64,000 bases of DNA from Squalus acanthias. Its lineage: Eukaryota. Under the pieces are notes generated by a model. It was not told where the DNA came from. It saw only the letters and a program-made list of their open reading frames with translations, and made no database searches. The position numbers and the translations under genes were made by a program. The stretch lies in assembly GCA_030390025.1 (NCBI GenBank), contig CM059432.1:120406001-120470000 (forward strand), in the 5' to 3' direction. Positions 46,071 to 58,902 of this stretch are shown in pieces (the stretch's first letter is position 1; each line of letters begins with the position of its first letter).

Positions 46071-46829
46071 TCTTTCCTTGAACATGCTATGCCTGATGTG
46101 CCTAAATGATAGTTTCAAACTTAAATTGTCAGAGATAAAGAGAGACTTAAAGAAGGAACATGGTGTAAGTTCTGCGTTTTCTTGGGCAACGATTGCTTGC
46201 TCTGATTTCTGCTTGTTTACACCAGTTCTTACATTCCAGAGATTGGCAGGAAATGTTGGCGTTAAGTATTGGTCGGCAAGATTTGTGTAGAGACTGACAT
46301 ATATTTCGGCGTTTATTTCAATTTACACCGATCCAGGAAATTCCATTCAATCATTTTTTTAAAACACTGCTTGGTCCTTGGTTTGATGAAGCTGATAATG
46401 TCATTTGGGAGCAAACAGAGTGGAGGAACTATGCTGATCTTATGTTCTATCTGCAAAGAGCATAGGTGAAGTATAGAATCCCCTGACATTTCCCTTTTGT
46501 TCATCTCATGTGTCTCACAGTGTCTCACAGTGCCATGCAGTGTTTTACAGTCCTTGCCAATAACTTGCAACATTTTGTAGTACCTTTAGTGCTTCATGGT
46601 ACACTGCTGTGGCTTACTTGCTATTTATCACAGTGTCCATATTATGTCTCAGTGCATCACCATACCCTCAATGCCTTACAATTCCCCAAAGCTGCTCACA
46701 GTGTCTAAAAATACCTCACACTACCTTGTTACATCTCAGTGCATCACAGTACCTTGAGGGCTGGTTTGCTTTTTCAAATTTGCAACTGCTTTTGTACGTC
46801 CAAATAAATATTAATACCTCATTTAAATC

Positions 46830-47910
46830 TATTCCTGTTGTGATGTTGCTATTCCTTCTAACTGAAGTCTAACATCAAATCCTGGATGATTAAAAATGCC
46901 CTTCGGTTCAATGTTAACAAGACCAAAAACCACCCTTTCAGCTCTTGCCAGCACCGAAGCACTTCTGGCCCCCAACTTCATCAACTTGTCCAAGTGCCCT
47001 CTCAGGTTAAATCCAGTGGTGTGCAATCTTGGTTTTTTGCTTGACCCTAAGGTAAACTTTCTATCCCCTTCGGGTCCATTACCAAGATCTCATTCTTCCA
47101 TCTCTGGAACATTGCCCATTCATGACTCTACTCCCATCCTGCTGTTGAAATCCAAATTCATGCTTCGATCACTTATGGAGTAATCTGGCAGAACGGATCG
47201 CCTAACCATTGTAGAATTCAGCCTGAAATCAATGGGATGAAAATTGGGTGGACTCAACAATGGTCGGGTGATCTGTTCCGCCAGATTGCTGCCCAGATGG
47301 TGATGATGATAATGGATTTCTATCTCTCCAATCCTTTCTTTGCTAGCGGCCCTGCCTCTACCCGTCACGAACTTCAACTAATCCAGAACTCTGTAAGCAT
47401 ATCCTCTCTTGCACAAAGTGCCACATGGCCATCACCCACACCCTTGCCAAGTTCCAGTGATCATCTGTGCCCCAATGAATAGACTTCAAGATCCTTGGGC
47501 TCATACAATCAAAGAATGATACAGCACAGAAGGTGGCCATTTGGCCCATCGTGCCTCCTCCCACTACCTTGCTCCACCTTATCTGGGTGACCTCTAGCTA
47601 TATGTCCCTGTCGGCACCAACTGCTCCTCTGACTCTGGATTGCTCCTTTTCCTCATTTCCTGCACTCCCCTATCAGAGGTTGATCATTTAGCTATTACAC
47701 CCATGCCCTTTGCGCTTCTTTTCCTAAACCAGTTTGTCTCACTACCTCCTCCCTGTCTTCCACCATCTAAATACCCTTCTTTTTAACTGTGTTTTTGGTC
47801 TCCCCTCTTAAAGCTCCATTCTTCTTGGATGTTTGATTTTCACCTTTCCTTGTTAAATACTCTTAAGATGTTTTACATGAAGAGCACTATGTCAGTACAA
47901 GTTGTCATGC
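46830..47910 (+). mobile_element. Old L2 LINE fragment with small internal insertions
   Basis: LRLNPVVCNLGFLLDP resembles L2 LRLNHTVHNLGVIFDP; degenerate L2 tail. Confidence 0.6.
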
Positions 47911-49812
47911 TTTCGCGTTGGTGCAATAAATTTGTGCAGGAATTGCCTGAGGAGAACATGATTTCACACAGCGCAGTGCAATTACTAAGGAAGTTTCTTG
48001 CTCACAGCAACAAATCAAGGGGATTATTTATTTATTTTTAAAGTCCTTTTGGTATGCAAGCTTTAAAAAATTTATAAAACTTGCATATTTATATATATTC
48101 CATGGAGCATTCCAGGGCATCATGAATGCTTTCAGATTAATAGGGATGTGGACATAGTTATAATGATAGACTTGCATGCCTGATCAGCCAAATGGCCTCT
48201 TCCTGTGCTGAAATCTCTATGATTCTATGGGAGTGATATTGCAGCCTAAGCATCGTGCCATTGGTGTCACACGTCCAAGACAGCTGGCCTTGCCAGATAA
48301 AATGAACATTTCCTGGCGTTCTGCAAGCACCGTCAGGATATACCAGGAGCACCAAGGCCTCATTGTTGGGCACCAGCAACCACTGAATGGCTGCCACCCA
48401 CTCGTTGTGCATCAGGCACTTCCCTGGCATGAAAGGGAAGGAGCACCTAGCATTGAGTTTTAAAAAAAATACCCATCCAGCACTGTGGGCCTACATATGC
48501 TGCAACAAGGTCCCAGTGATTTCCCTCCCGCTCACCGCCAACACCTGAGGTGGGAGGAGGCTTGTGTGGCATATAAAGAGCGGCAAAGACCAGTTGTGTC
48601 AAATGGCCTGTTTCTGTGCTGTAGCTTCTATGTAATTCTAAGGTATCTTGGTGTCTCCACAGCACTGTAAATAGCCCCAATACCAGACCAGAGTACCAAA
48701 ATGCCCCTGTCATCAGGAAATGGACCAGGGTCACGGATGCGGGCAGAAGACCCTCCCCACCCAAGACCTGCTGAAATTATGGCAGACAAGAAATTCAGCC
48801 CTGTGCCTTTAACCTTTAACCTTTAGCCAATGAACAATCCATTTTTTTAAAATTGCTCCCAACACCACAAAAGCCAGAAAGAAAAAGAAAGGCAAATCAT
48901 ATTGAATAGGTGCTAGATGGAAATCCCAAATATTGGGATTCAATGGCCATGCCAGTGCAGGCAATAGAAGCACCGCATCATAGAATGTTACAGCATCGAA
49001 GCAGATCATTCAGCTCAAGTACATATCAGTATTTTTCTCTGTGTTAGCCACTTAGTCTAATTCCAAGCTCCTGCTCTCTCTCTCTACACATTTCCACTGG
49101 TATTCCCATTCCATAAGGGTGCTAGGCAGGCATGTGATGTGTCCCCTCTGACATTTGCCTGTGATAGTTGCCCTTGCAGTTGGGGATAATCGGGATATTA
49201 AAGAAATAAAAATGCCAAACACTACCTAGAAGAATCCTCTTTGTGCAGAGGCAACACATCACCAATGCAACAACATCCTTAACGGATGTGTTGACAATGC
49301 TGTGGAAACGTAGCAACATTCTGGCTATAAAATAAACCTCAATAAGAATAAAGCAATGTCTGTATCGTTGGCAGCCCAATCTATTCCTTGATTTGATTTC
49401 TCTGTTAAATTGTCCAACAAGGGCTTTATGCATTTAAGTGTATTGATCTCCCCTTATCTGACTGGTGTGTATAAGCCAAACTGCTCCTTTCTCATCAAAT
49501 GCCTTAAAGTGTATCTGACCTGATGGAATACTCTCCCAGCCTCTTGGCTCAGAATAGTAAATGCCACTAAAACAAATTGACTGATGTATCTGATCGTTCA
49601 GTGAGTTTATCTAGTTTATTCACTGAACAGCTTAGTCACACAGATCAGAAAAGTCCTTGGGTTTGATCCTTGGTTTTGCTGACACCTATCTCCTAATATT
49701 GACATTATGATCAAATGAATGCTAGCATTGAGACCACCTTTGACACTTTTACAATTTACTTTTGGGTAGCACATTAGAGGACAAATGGTCTGGTTTCTTA
49801 GACCTCAGGATT

Positions 49813-50997
49813 GCAGCTGACCACTCCATCCTTCTCCAACGCCTCTCCACTGTCGTCCAGCTGGGTGGGACTGCACTCGCCTGGTTCCATTCTCATCTAT
49901 CTAATCGTAGCCAGAGAATCACCTGCAACGGCTTCTCTTCCCACTCCCGCATCGTTACCTCTGGTGTCCCCCAAGGATCTATCCTTGGCCCCCTCCTATT
50001 TCTCATCTACATGTTGCCCCTTGGCGACATCATCCGAAAACACAGCGTCAGTTTCCACATGTACGCTGACGACACCCAGCTCTTCCTCACCACCACTTCG
50101 CTCGACCCCTCCACGGTCTCTAAATTGTCACACTGCTTGTCTGACATACAGTTCTGGATGAGCAAAGATTTTCTCCAATTAAATATTGGGAAGACCGAAG
50201 CCATTGTTTTTGGTCCCCACCACTGACTCCATCCCTCTCCCTAACTTCTGTCTGAGGCTGAACCACACTGTTCACAACCTTGGTGTCATATTTGACCCTG
50301 AAATGAGCTTCCGACCACATATCCGCAGCATAACAAAGACCGCCCACTTCCACCTCCGTAACATCGCCCGTCTCCGCCCTTGCCTCAGCTCATCCACTGC
50401 TGAAACCCTCATCCATGCCTTTGTAGCCTCTAGACTTGACTATTCCAATGCACTCCTGGCTGGCCTCCCACACTCTACCCTTCTGAAACTTGAGGTCATC
50501 CAAAACTCAGGTTCCCCGTGTCCTAACTCGCACTAAGTCCTGTTCACCCATCACCCCTGTGTTCGTTGACCTACATTGGCTCCTGGTTAAGCAACGCCTC
50601 GATTTCAAAATTCTCATCCTTATTTTGAAATCCCTCCATGGCCTCGCCCCTCCCTATCTCTGTAATCTCCTTCAGCCCCACAACCCCCCGAGATATCTGC
50701 GCTCCTCTAATTCTGCCCTCTTGAGCATCCCTGATTATAATCGCTCAACCATTGGTGGCCGTGCCGTCTGTTGCCTAGGCCCTAAGCTCTGGAATTCCCT
50801 CCCTAAACCTCTCCGCCTTGCTACCTCTCTTTCCTCCTTTAAGACGCTCCTTAAAACCTACCTTTTTAACCAAGTTTTGGTCACCTGCCCTAATTGCTCG
50901 GTGTCAAATCTTTTGATTTAAAATACTCCTGTGTAGCGCCTTGGGATGTTTTACTATGTTAAAGGCGCTATATAAATACAAGTTGATGTTGTTGTTG
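49813..50997 (+). mobile_element. L2 LINE, 5'-truncated
   Basis: DHSILLQRL, GVPQGSILGPLLF, YADDTQL, SRLDYSN, LHWL; tail aaaggcgctatataaatacaag(ttg)n. Confidence 0.93.
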
Positions 50998-51039
50998 CAG
51001 CTAGTTGGTTCTAACAGAACAGACGTTTACTCCATTGCT

Positions 51040-51388
51040 TTTTTTAATTTCATTTACCAGATGTGGGTAAGGCCAGCATTTATTGCCCATTGAGAAGGTG
51101 CTGGCGAGTTGTTATTCCAGAGGACAGTTAAGAGTCAACCACATTGCTGTGGGTCTGGAGTCAAATATAGGCCAGACCGGGTAAGGGCAGCAGATTTCCT
51201 TCCTTAGAGGGCATTAGTGAACCAGATGGGTTTTTATGACAATCCAGTAGTTTCATGGTCACCATTACTGATACTAGCTTTCTTTTAATACCAGATTTAT
51301 TTAATTAACTGAATTTAAATTCCCCAACTGCCATGGTGGGATTTGAACTTATGTCTCCGGATCATTAATCCAGGCCTCTGGATTACTA
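51040..51388 (-). mobile_element. Second tRNA-derived SINE family, head truncated
   Basis: B-box-like AGTTCAAATCC on the minus strand; end shared with 61108-61200. Confidence 0.55.
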
Positions 51389-52141
51389 GGGGTCATTTTG
51401 ACCCCCAAAAATGTGTGGGTTGGGGTCGGGTGAGATGTAAACATTTTTAAAATCTCAAACCTGACCCCAACCCATATCCAACCCGCCCACTTCTGGGTTT
51501 AACGGAGGCAGTACAGGGGGCAGGCAGCCAACCCGCTCCCAGGAGGCAGGCTGTTCATTTAAATATTATAATGAGGGCGGATGCCTTACATTTAACCCAT
51601 CTTACAGGTTTAAACCTGGCCGGCCAGGATTCCCGAGGGAGCTCAAGAGAGGCGAGGACAGCTTCAGGGAAAGGGTAAGTGCCTTTACAGCACTGCTTGT
51701 GGGCCAGGAGGAGCAGAAGTGCTTCCCCCTGGCCCCCCAAGCTACCTTCTTCCCTGCCATCGGATCCACCCGCCCTCTCCCCCACCCCCCCCCGCCCCAT
51801 CCAAAGAACCTCCCACCTCACCCGCACCCTGCTGCCGGATTGGGAATTCGGGGATTCGACCACCCCCCAGGATCCGACCACCTCCCCCCCACCCCCACAC
51901 ACACACTAACTCAGCAGCAGGTTCTTTACCTGCTCCCGTGGCTGCCACCAGAGTGTTCCCTGCCCAACAGAGAGCCAAGCCTGTCAATCATGCTGGCTTC
52001 TGGGCAGGGAACCTGTTGAAAAGAAAGACACGCTGTGGAGTTAAAACTCCAAGGCATGCTTTCCCGACCAAAACTCCTCCCCCAGCACCCCGCACCCACC
52101 CACCCCAGCTTACACAACCCGCCCCAGTAAATATCAGGGCC
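51389..52141. mobile_element. MITE-like GC-rich element, possibly composite
   Basis: Abrupt GC-rich block with many cgggt/acccg subterminal motifs; ends match poorly. Confidence 0.5.
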
Positions 52142-52312
52142 TATGTGTCCGAGACTGTCCTTGAAACCATCTCCTAAAACCATCTTGCCTTGCTATCTCA
52201 CTCTCTGCATTCAAATGCCTCCAAGGTCCACAAAATCTAATTTCCTTCCTCGACATGAATTGTTTTCCCCTGTTGAGCACCTCCATACGTTTTGGGATAT
52301 GAAATTCACTAT

Positions 52313-52740
52313 GGGGTGGAAATTCCACTGGGCGTGCATCAGTGGTGCAAGTGCATTTGCACCAGCACATTTTATATTTCTGGCACACGGAGAGGACCTC
52401 CCTGGGTTTTCCGAGGTGCCCCTCAGTTATGTGTGACTGGGCTGTCTCAGTGCGATTTACTTTATGTGCTGGGAGTGCAGAGGCTGGGGGGAAGGGGAGG
52501 ATGGTGGGATTTTCTGGGTAGTAGCATAAATGTGCTGGTGCAGCTCTTTAATGCTGCACTGACACTTCCAATTGTTTGCAAATTGTCCAATTCTGCTCCT
52601 TTTGCTGTGTATTGTGCTCATATCAGTAAGGATGTTGCCAATTCACAGCAGGGAGGGAGGAAAGCTCTCTTCATTGAAAGAACCCTGGAGGTCATGCTGA
52701 GAAAGGTGATGGCAAGAAGGCATGCTGTGTTTTTTTTAGA
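52313..52740 (+). mobile_element. Harbinger left-end remnant with degenerate Myb start
   Basis: ggggtggaaattcc TIR; RKALFIERTLEVMLRKVMARRHAVF. Confidence 0.5.
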
Positions 52741-53056
52741 GAAGAAAGAATGAACATGCCTTTATATAGCGCCTTTCACAAACAATGAAATGAATGACCA
52801 AACCATCGTGCTGTGAGTTTCACCCAGTGCTCCCTGCTCTAAGTCTGACTCTACATCTTCCGTACAAAGTGAATATTCCTGGGCTGATGCTTGTGACAGA
52901 CGGAGTGACTGACACATTGCCGTGCAAAGTTGATGTGTGCTCAGCCTGTGGGCCTGCAAACTGCTGCTCCTAAGGAGACCCGATGGAAACACAGTGGGAA
53001 ACACAGCATATAATAGAATCTGCAAGACTCTACCTGGAGCACATTGCACTGATCAC

Positions 53057-53725
53057 TGTTATGATGCTGTGGTGTCAGCTAAGATGCCTATTGGCAAAGT
53101 GAACAAGTGAAAGAAGCATGTTAGACATCCTAGGGAGATGTATGTTGGACAACTTGGGGAGTTATGGGTTAGCAATCAAACTTCTTTGTATCTTGGATTA
53201 ACAGGCTTTCCAGGCTTTCTGATATAAACAGAATGACTTTGAAGTGTCGTAAAAAGAATGCATTGCTTGTTTTCTGAGATGTAAAGTGCTTATGTAAGGA
53301 AATAAGTGTAGGTAATAAAATGTAATTTTAGTTTTAGGCTAATAAAACAGGGGTAGCGAATCCATTTGAGGAAGTCTTGTTTAAGGGAAGTAGTTCCGAA
53401 GTAAACAAACTACAAACTGTTTACATGAATAGTCTGTTTTCAAAGAGTTTGGGTATAGATACACCATGCAGTCTTATCTATGACATTTTCCTTTGATGTA
53501 GTCAAAATATGGAGTATAAAGGATCATGGTTTTCAACAGTATGTCAGAGGGCTCGAAAAATAGAAACTTATAACTGGGAAAAAGCCACTCTCTGTATAAA
53601 GTTAAGGCCGATCACCTTTTACTGTGTATCAATAAAATCTGTTCTGTATACTACACTACGAAGTCTCGTGCTTACTCAAAACATGTTGTTGTGAACCAGA
53701 GGAGAATGGAGGTTGACTGCTAACA
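53057..53725 (+). repeat. 5' LTR (669 bp) of an ERV-like element
   Basis: TGTTA...TAACA ends; tataaa ~53596; aataaa 53631; followed by a PBS. Confidence 0.75.
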
Positions 53726-53727
53726 TT

Positions 53728-53745
53728 TGGTGCCATGAACTCGTC
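53728..53745 (+). promoter_or_regulatory. Primer-binding site, tRNA-His-like
   Basis: tggtgccatgaactcg versus tRNA-His complement TGGTGCCGTGACTCGG, 2 nt after the LTR end. Confidence 0.6.
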
Positions 53746-53827
53746 CAATGAATACACGGATGGTGAGCATGATTTAATATCATAGTGGGTATAATTAGCT
53801 CCTGGGAATCGCAATCTAGGGAATCGG

Positions 53828-54880
53828 GTGGAATCAGACAAAATAGGTGGTTGCTCAACCAAATTGGTCCCTTTGAAAATTTTTGACTGGTTTAAAAGTA
53901 AGGAGGGACCTTACAGTTTTTCCAAAGAAATTTTAAACGGGAGCTGGGAGGAGATTGAGCAGGCACGAGAGAATGTGTGTCTGCAGAGACAAAACGATTG
54001 TAGACAGAAAATGTTCCTGTTTCAGCAGAAACAAAATGAAAGGAGACAGAGAACATACCTGTTGCAAGGGCTTTGTCTGGGTATAGGCACCCTGTGGAGA
54101 AAGCATGCTCAGACACAGGCTGAAAATAGGGTCTTGAAGGCAGAAATAGAGAAACTTAAAGAGGAATTTGATGCAGTCAGGGTCCATACTGTGTAAGTTG
54201 CTAATTGCTTCTGGCTAGTCATGATGCTGTGGTGCAAATGTGTGAGGAGAGAGAGGAATTGGAAGGTAAAGTGCACATCTTAGAAGTTGAGGTGGACAGA
54301 CTACAGTTAGAAAGGGCACTGGAAAAGGTGTGCCTACAGAACCAAATACAGAAACTGGAACAGAAATAGCCTTGGGCTAATGAAAAAACAGTCTGAGGTG
54401 TTGTTCATTAATTCAGTGAAGGAAGCCTTGGATGAGAAACTGATGCAGAAACGTTTAGAGATGGAAGCAATGGGAGAAGCTTGCTCAGAAGCAATTAAAG
54501 TTTCTGTAGGAATGGGCTGTATCAAAACTGATGAGATGTTCAGTGAAAAGCTAAAATGTGGGAGTTGTAAGCATGGTCTAAAGGGATACAGAATAGGAGT
54601 TGGAATGTTGAAAATGTTGAGAGAGGCAGTTATAGCAGTTCCAAAGCGTGAGCTGAGAGAAGGATTGAGACTCGCGACTGAATCTTCAGCGTTCCATTCA
54701 CCTTTTACTTTATGTTGTTACTCCCCTCCCATATACCAGAGGAAAGTGTTAAGAACTGTGCAGGAGGTAACAGGCTTGGTGGAGAACACGGACTGTGAGC
54801 TTGAGATTTTGAATCAGTACAGAATGGGATTCAGTAGAAAACTTCAGAAATTGACAATTGGTTTAAGTGAAAAAGGATAA
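53828..54880 (+). pseudogene. gag-position coiled-coil ORF remnants
   Basis: Consecutive broken ORFs after the PBS, E/K/Q-rich heptads, CxxC motifs; no firm family motif. Confidence 0.45.
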
Positions 54881-55399
54881 ATAGTTTTTGATGGAATAGA
54901 TGAGAAAAGGGAAGATCATTTCTCTTTTCTACTGTTGTACAGAAGTTCTTTTATTTTCAGTGTGAATGTTAATGTTTCTTTACAAAGCATGTATGAATGT
55001 TACTGTGGCTGTGGCTCTGCCCTCTTTTTCAAGATGTATTGGGCTAGAAATTCGTTATAGCCAAGGAATGGGCAGTGTCAGTTGAAAAGTTGAAAAGGCG
55101 CAAATGCTTTAGACTGCACAAAAAATTTATGCTCACTGCTCAATAAAATGATTGGAGTCCTAAATCAAGTCTTAAAACCCAAACTCATTGGCATTGCACA
55201 CATGGGCAGATCAATATCGGGTGCAGTCTAATCACAACTCATCATTGCCACAGGCTTTTTTCATTTCTTAAAGGGAGGTTCATTGATGCTGCTGCACCTC
55301 ATTCTCAGCATTGCTCGCTGTACAGCTGCCTCAGCAAGCAGAAGCAGAACAAGGAGAAAGAGCCGGAGGACTGAACCAGGTGTGCTCAAGGCAGATCCA

Positions 55400-57085
55400 C
55401 ACCCTAGGGAGAGAGCCTGCAGATTCTCCGATGAAGCAATGGAGGCAATGGTTTTTGCTGTGGAGAGATGGAGGGCGGTGCTCTACCCGACAAGTGGCAG
55501 GAGGCCCTCGCCACAAGCCTTCCGCACCATGTGGAGGGAGGTAGCGCAGCACGTCTCGGGCAGCACTGTGGTCCCCAGGACCTACACACAGTGCAGGAAG
55601 AAATATAATGACCTCACTCGGGTGGTCAGGGTGAGCGAAAGTTTCAACAAATGCTACATACCACCATCTGAACCACAATCTTCATACATTGCACAAAGCA
55701 CCACACCCCTTGCACTCACCTACCAACAATCTCTACATACCAACACTCACACCCACATCTCACACCTTGCACACAATGACAGCTATTCAACTATTGCAGG
55801 CACATCACCCAATCACATTGCTCCACACTCACTCACACACTTTCCTTTCTCTTGCAGGCCAAGGTGGCTCATAACAAGTGAGAGCAGGAGCGCACAGGCA
55901 GGGGACAAGCCGACACCCAATCGCTGTCTGCACTGGAGAATCGAGTGCTGCAGATTATTGGGTGCCAGGCGGTGGGCACCGTGGCCACCGGCGACGTTGA
56001 CCCCCTTGTGGAAAACAATGGTATGTTCATCCCTACTCCTTTTCTCACATCCCACTTCCCCCTCACCCCACAAGCATTTCGCACTTTCCAGCTAATCATG
56101 CTGTATGCATGCATTTCTCCCTCTCTGCCCCCTTCCCCTCACCTTAACCTGACTCTTGTGCTTTTATGCTTTCAGATAACCAGCAAGCACCTGAGCAGCC
56201 TGGCCCTGAGGGCACGGTAGCGAGAAAGGCAGGGAAGAGGAGGAGGAAGAACACATCGTGTCGCTGCATGTCTCACCCACAGGCACCAGCACAGATTCTG
56301 GCACTACGCATTCTTTAGAGGCTCGTATAGTAGCGGGATCTGCACAGGGTGAGGCACCGGGGACGAGTGAGCCGCAGCAAGGCCAGGGGGAAAGGGTAAC
56401 TCAGGGGCCAGCTCCCCAGAGGGCGAGTTCGCGCACGAGTTCTGCTGCACAGGACTTAGAGGAGGACCTCGATGGAGAGGCCTTTAGAAGAAGGGTGATG
56501 GACATGCACACGGAGATGATAGGTGCAATGGCAAGGGTGCCTGAGAGCCTCTCGGCAATGGTAAGGAGCGTGGAGGAGTCCACTTCCAACATTGCAGAAG
56601 GCTCTATGCACACCATGGAGCCCATCATTTCCAGTCTCCAAAGGATGGTAGACTCCCAGAGAGATCGTGGTGACCCACACCTGTGATGGGTGATCTGGCA
56701 GCTTCCAATGCAGCACAGGCGGAAGCGATGCAATGTCTCAGTGCTGTAATGCAGTCTATGCTTGGTGGCATCCAATCTCAGACTGCTCTCATGCAGTCTC
56801 AGCTTGATGCCACACAAGCTCTGACTGCTGCCATCATGGTTGGGTCTACCACCGTCGACCGGGGTTTTCATGGTGTCGCAGTAGGCCAGCAATCCGTGCT
56901 CCAACAGATTGGTAGCAATGCTGAGGTGCTGCCCCTGGGGAGTGTCAGTGGGTCAGAGGAACAGGAACCTGCTGTCCTCTCTCAGGATGACAGCATTCCT
57001 ACTCCCACCACTGGCCTTGTCTCTGCCTGTCATCCAGCCAGCCCAGACTGCTGCCGCCCATGCTGAGGTGGTGCAGTCTACAGCC
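55400..57085 (+). pseudogene. Harbinger Myb/SANT-like protein, 3 exons (donors 55631, 56021; acceptors 55857, 56175)
   Basis: RERACRFSDEAMEAMV..MWREVAQHV..RTYTQCRKKYNDLTRVVR. Confidence 0.85.
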
Positions 57086-57727
57086 GTAGACGTGGTGGCT
57101 GGAAGGGTGTTGACACACCAGTCTGGCACAGGATGAAGGCATCGATGGTCGCACACCACCAATTGCACATTAAGTGAGTGTTGGCCTTTACACTTACGGA
57201 AGATCTCAGAATTGTTATGCGGTGCCCGCAAAGCCACATGGGTGCAGTCGATGGTGCCCTGCACCATGGGGAAGCCCGCTATCCTGGCAAAGCCACATGC
57301 GCACTCGTCCTGCTTCTCTCTGGTGATGGGGAAAGAAATATAATCCCTTCTCCTACTGTAGAGAGCCTCTGTGACCTCCCGGATGCAGCGATGGACGGCG
57401 AACTCCGAGATGTTGAGGGCAACGGTGACCTTGACTGCCACTGAGAGAGCCATGGTCGCCCTGATCTCAGGCTGGAGGTCTGGTTGCAGGAGATGGCAGA
57501 GTTCTGTGATCACCTCCTTGGTGAAGCGGAGCTTCTAATACACTGCTCGTCGCTTAATTGGAGGCAGGAGAAGTGCTCTCGGAATACCCTGGAGAGTAAG
57601 GCCTCCTGTTGAGAGGCCTGATGAACCTCTTCCTCCCTCTGGGCACATGTTCCAGTCTTTGTTGCTGCCTCCGCTCCCTCCTCCATAGATCTTGGAGGGC
57701 GATGTCGACTGCCAGAACAGCCCCCAT
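57086..57727 (-). pseudogene. Harbinger transposase N-terminal half
   Basis: LSVAVKVTVALN, FARIAGFPMVQGTIDCTHVAL, HSLNVQLV. Confidence 0.88.
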
Positions 57728-58399
57728 TAATGTTACCAAGTGCAGCAGTTTGATTCTTTGAAGAATAAATGTAGCTACTTTTTAGTTGACACAAGACTCC
57801 TGATACAAAACTACCTTGAAATTACTGAATGAAACTGTTGCAGTCGGCGAAACTGAAAAGAAACCATTGAAACTGCACTTACCTGACAGCTGTGAGTGAT
57901 TACTGATGATCCCTTTTAATAACGTCCCTGGAGCTGGCTTCCTGGTTCTTCTCCCTGTCGGTGTTTACTCCTGACGCTAAGGTAAGTGGCGAGAATCAAT
58001 TTAGCAGATCAGGCAGTCAGTGAGCGTTGCACACTCACTGACATCACGATGCACCTCGCATTGACATTCCCAGCGATACCTCTTACCGGCGGTGCTACGG
58101 AGGAGCAGGGTTTGGAGAGCGCCGTTGGATTTGCCTCGCCCTGGTGCTAATGGGAGGCACTAAGGGGACAAATTTTTCCCCCATAATGCTTAGATTAAGA
58201 TATTGGTCTGAATTAAATTGGCGTCATTGAGGCTAACTTACTTATTATATTGTGAAAACCAGACTTTTATTGTGGCCACAGTGAAATTCTGGTTGTTGTA
58301 AGTTGTATGAAAGCCTTTAGTTCCGGACATGAGTCATTCACATCAATAATTGACATTTTTGAATTTCTGACCAGTGTCAAGTACTCTATGCTTTGAGGT

Positions 58400-58902
58400 A
58401 AGGCTCAGGCCAACATCCCCAGCATCGAAGCTTTGACCACGCTCGATCAGCTCTGATGGACGGGTCACATTGTCCGCATGCCTGATACGAGACTCCCAAA
58501 ACAAGCGCTCTACTCGGAGCTCCGGCACGGCAAGAGAGCCCCAGGTGGGCAGAGGAAACGCTTCAAGGACACCCTCAAAGCCTCCTTGAAAAAGTGTAAC
58601 ATCCCCACTGACACCTGGAAATCCCTGGCCCAAGACCGCACAAAGTGGAGGACAAGCATCCGGGAAGGCGCCGAACACCTCGAGTCTCTTCGCCGGGAGC
58701 AAGCGGAAGCCAAGCGCAGGCAGCGCAAGGAGCGCACGTCAACCCAAGCACCCCACCCACCCACCCCTTCAACCACCGTCTGCCCCACCTGTGACAGAGA
58801 CTGTAGGTCCCGCATTGGACTCATCAGTCACCTGCGAACACATTTTTAATGTGGAAGCAAGTCATCCTCGGTTCCGAGGGACTGCCTAAGAAGAAGAAGA
58901 AG
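58400..58902 (+). mobile_element. RTE-clade LINE 3' fragment
   Basis: GHIVRMPDTRLPKQALYSEL, C-terminal CPTC..H..H zinc finger, (aag)n tail, 12-bp TSD atgctttgaggt at 58388-58399 and 58903-58914. Confidence 0.9.

Larger units (their letters stand above)
55041..58182. mobile_element. PIF/Harbinger family B relative, internally deleted
   Basis: Ends gggctagaaatt / aatttttccccc; genes collinear with 11124-15289; Myb C-terminus joined to mid-transposase at ~57086. Confidence 0.88.

Noticed and set aside
46505..46760. Degenerate cacagtgtct-type repeats
   Set aside because: Low-complexity decayed simple repeat with no clear period.
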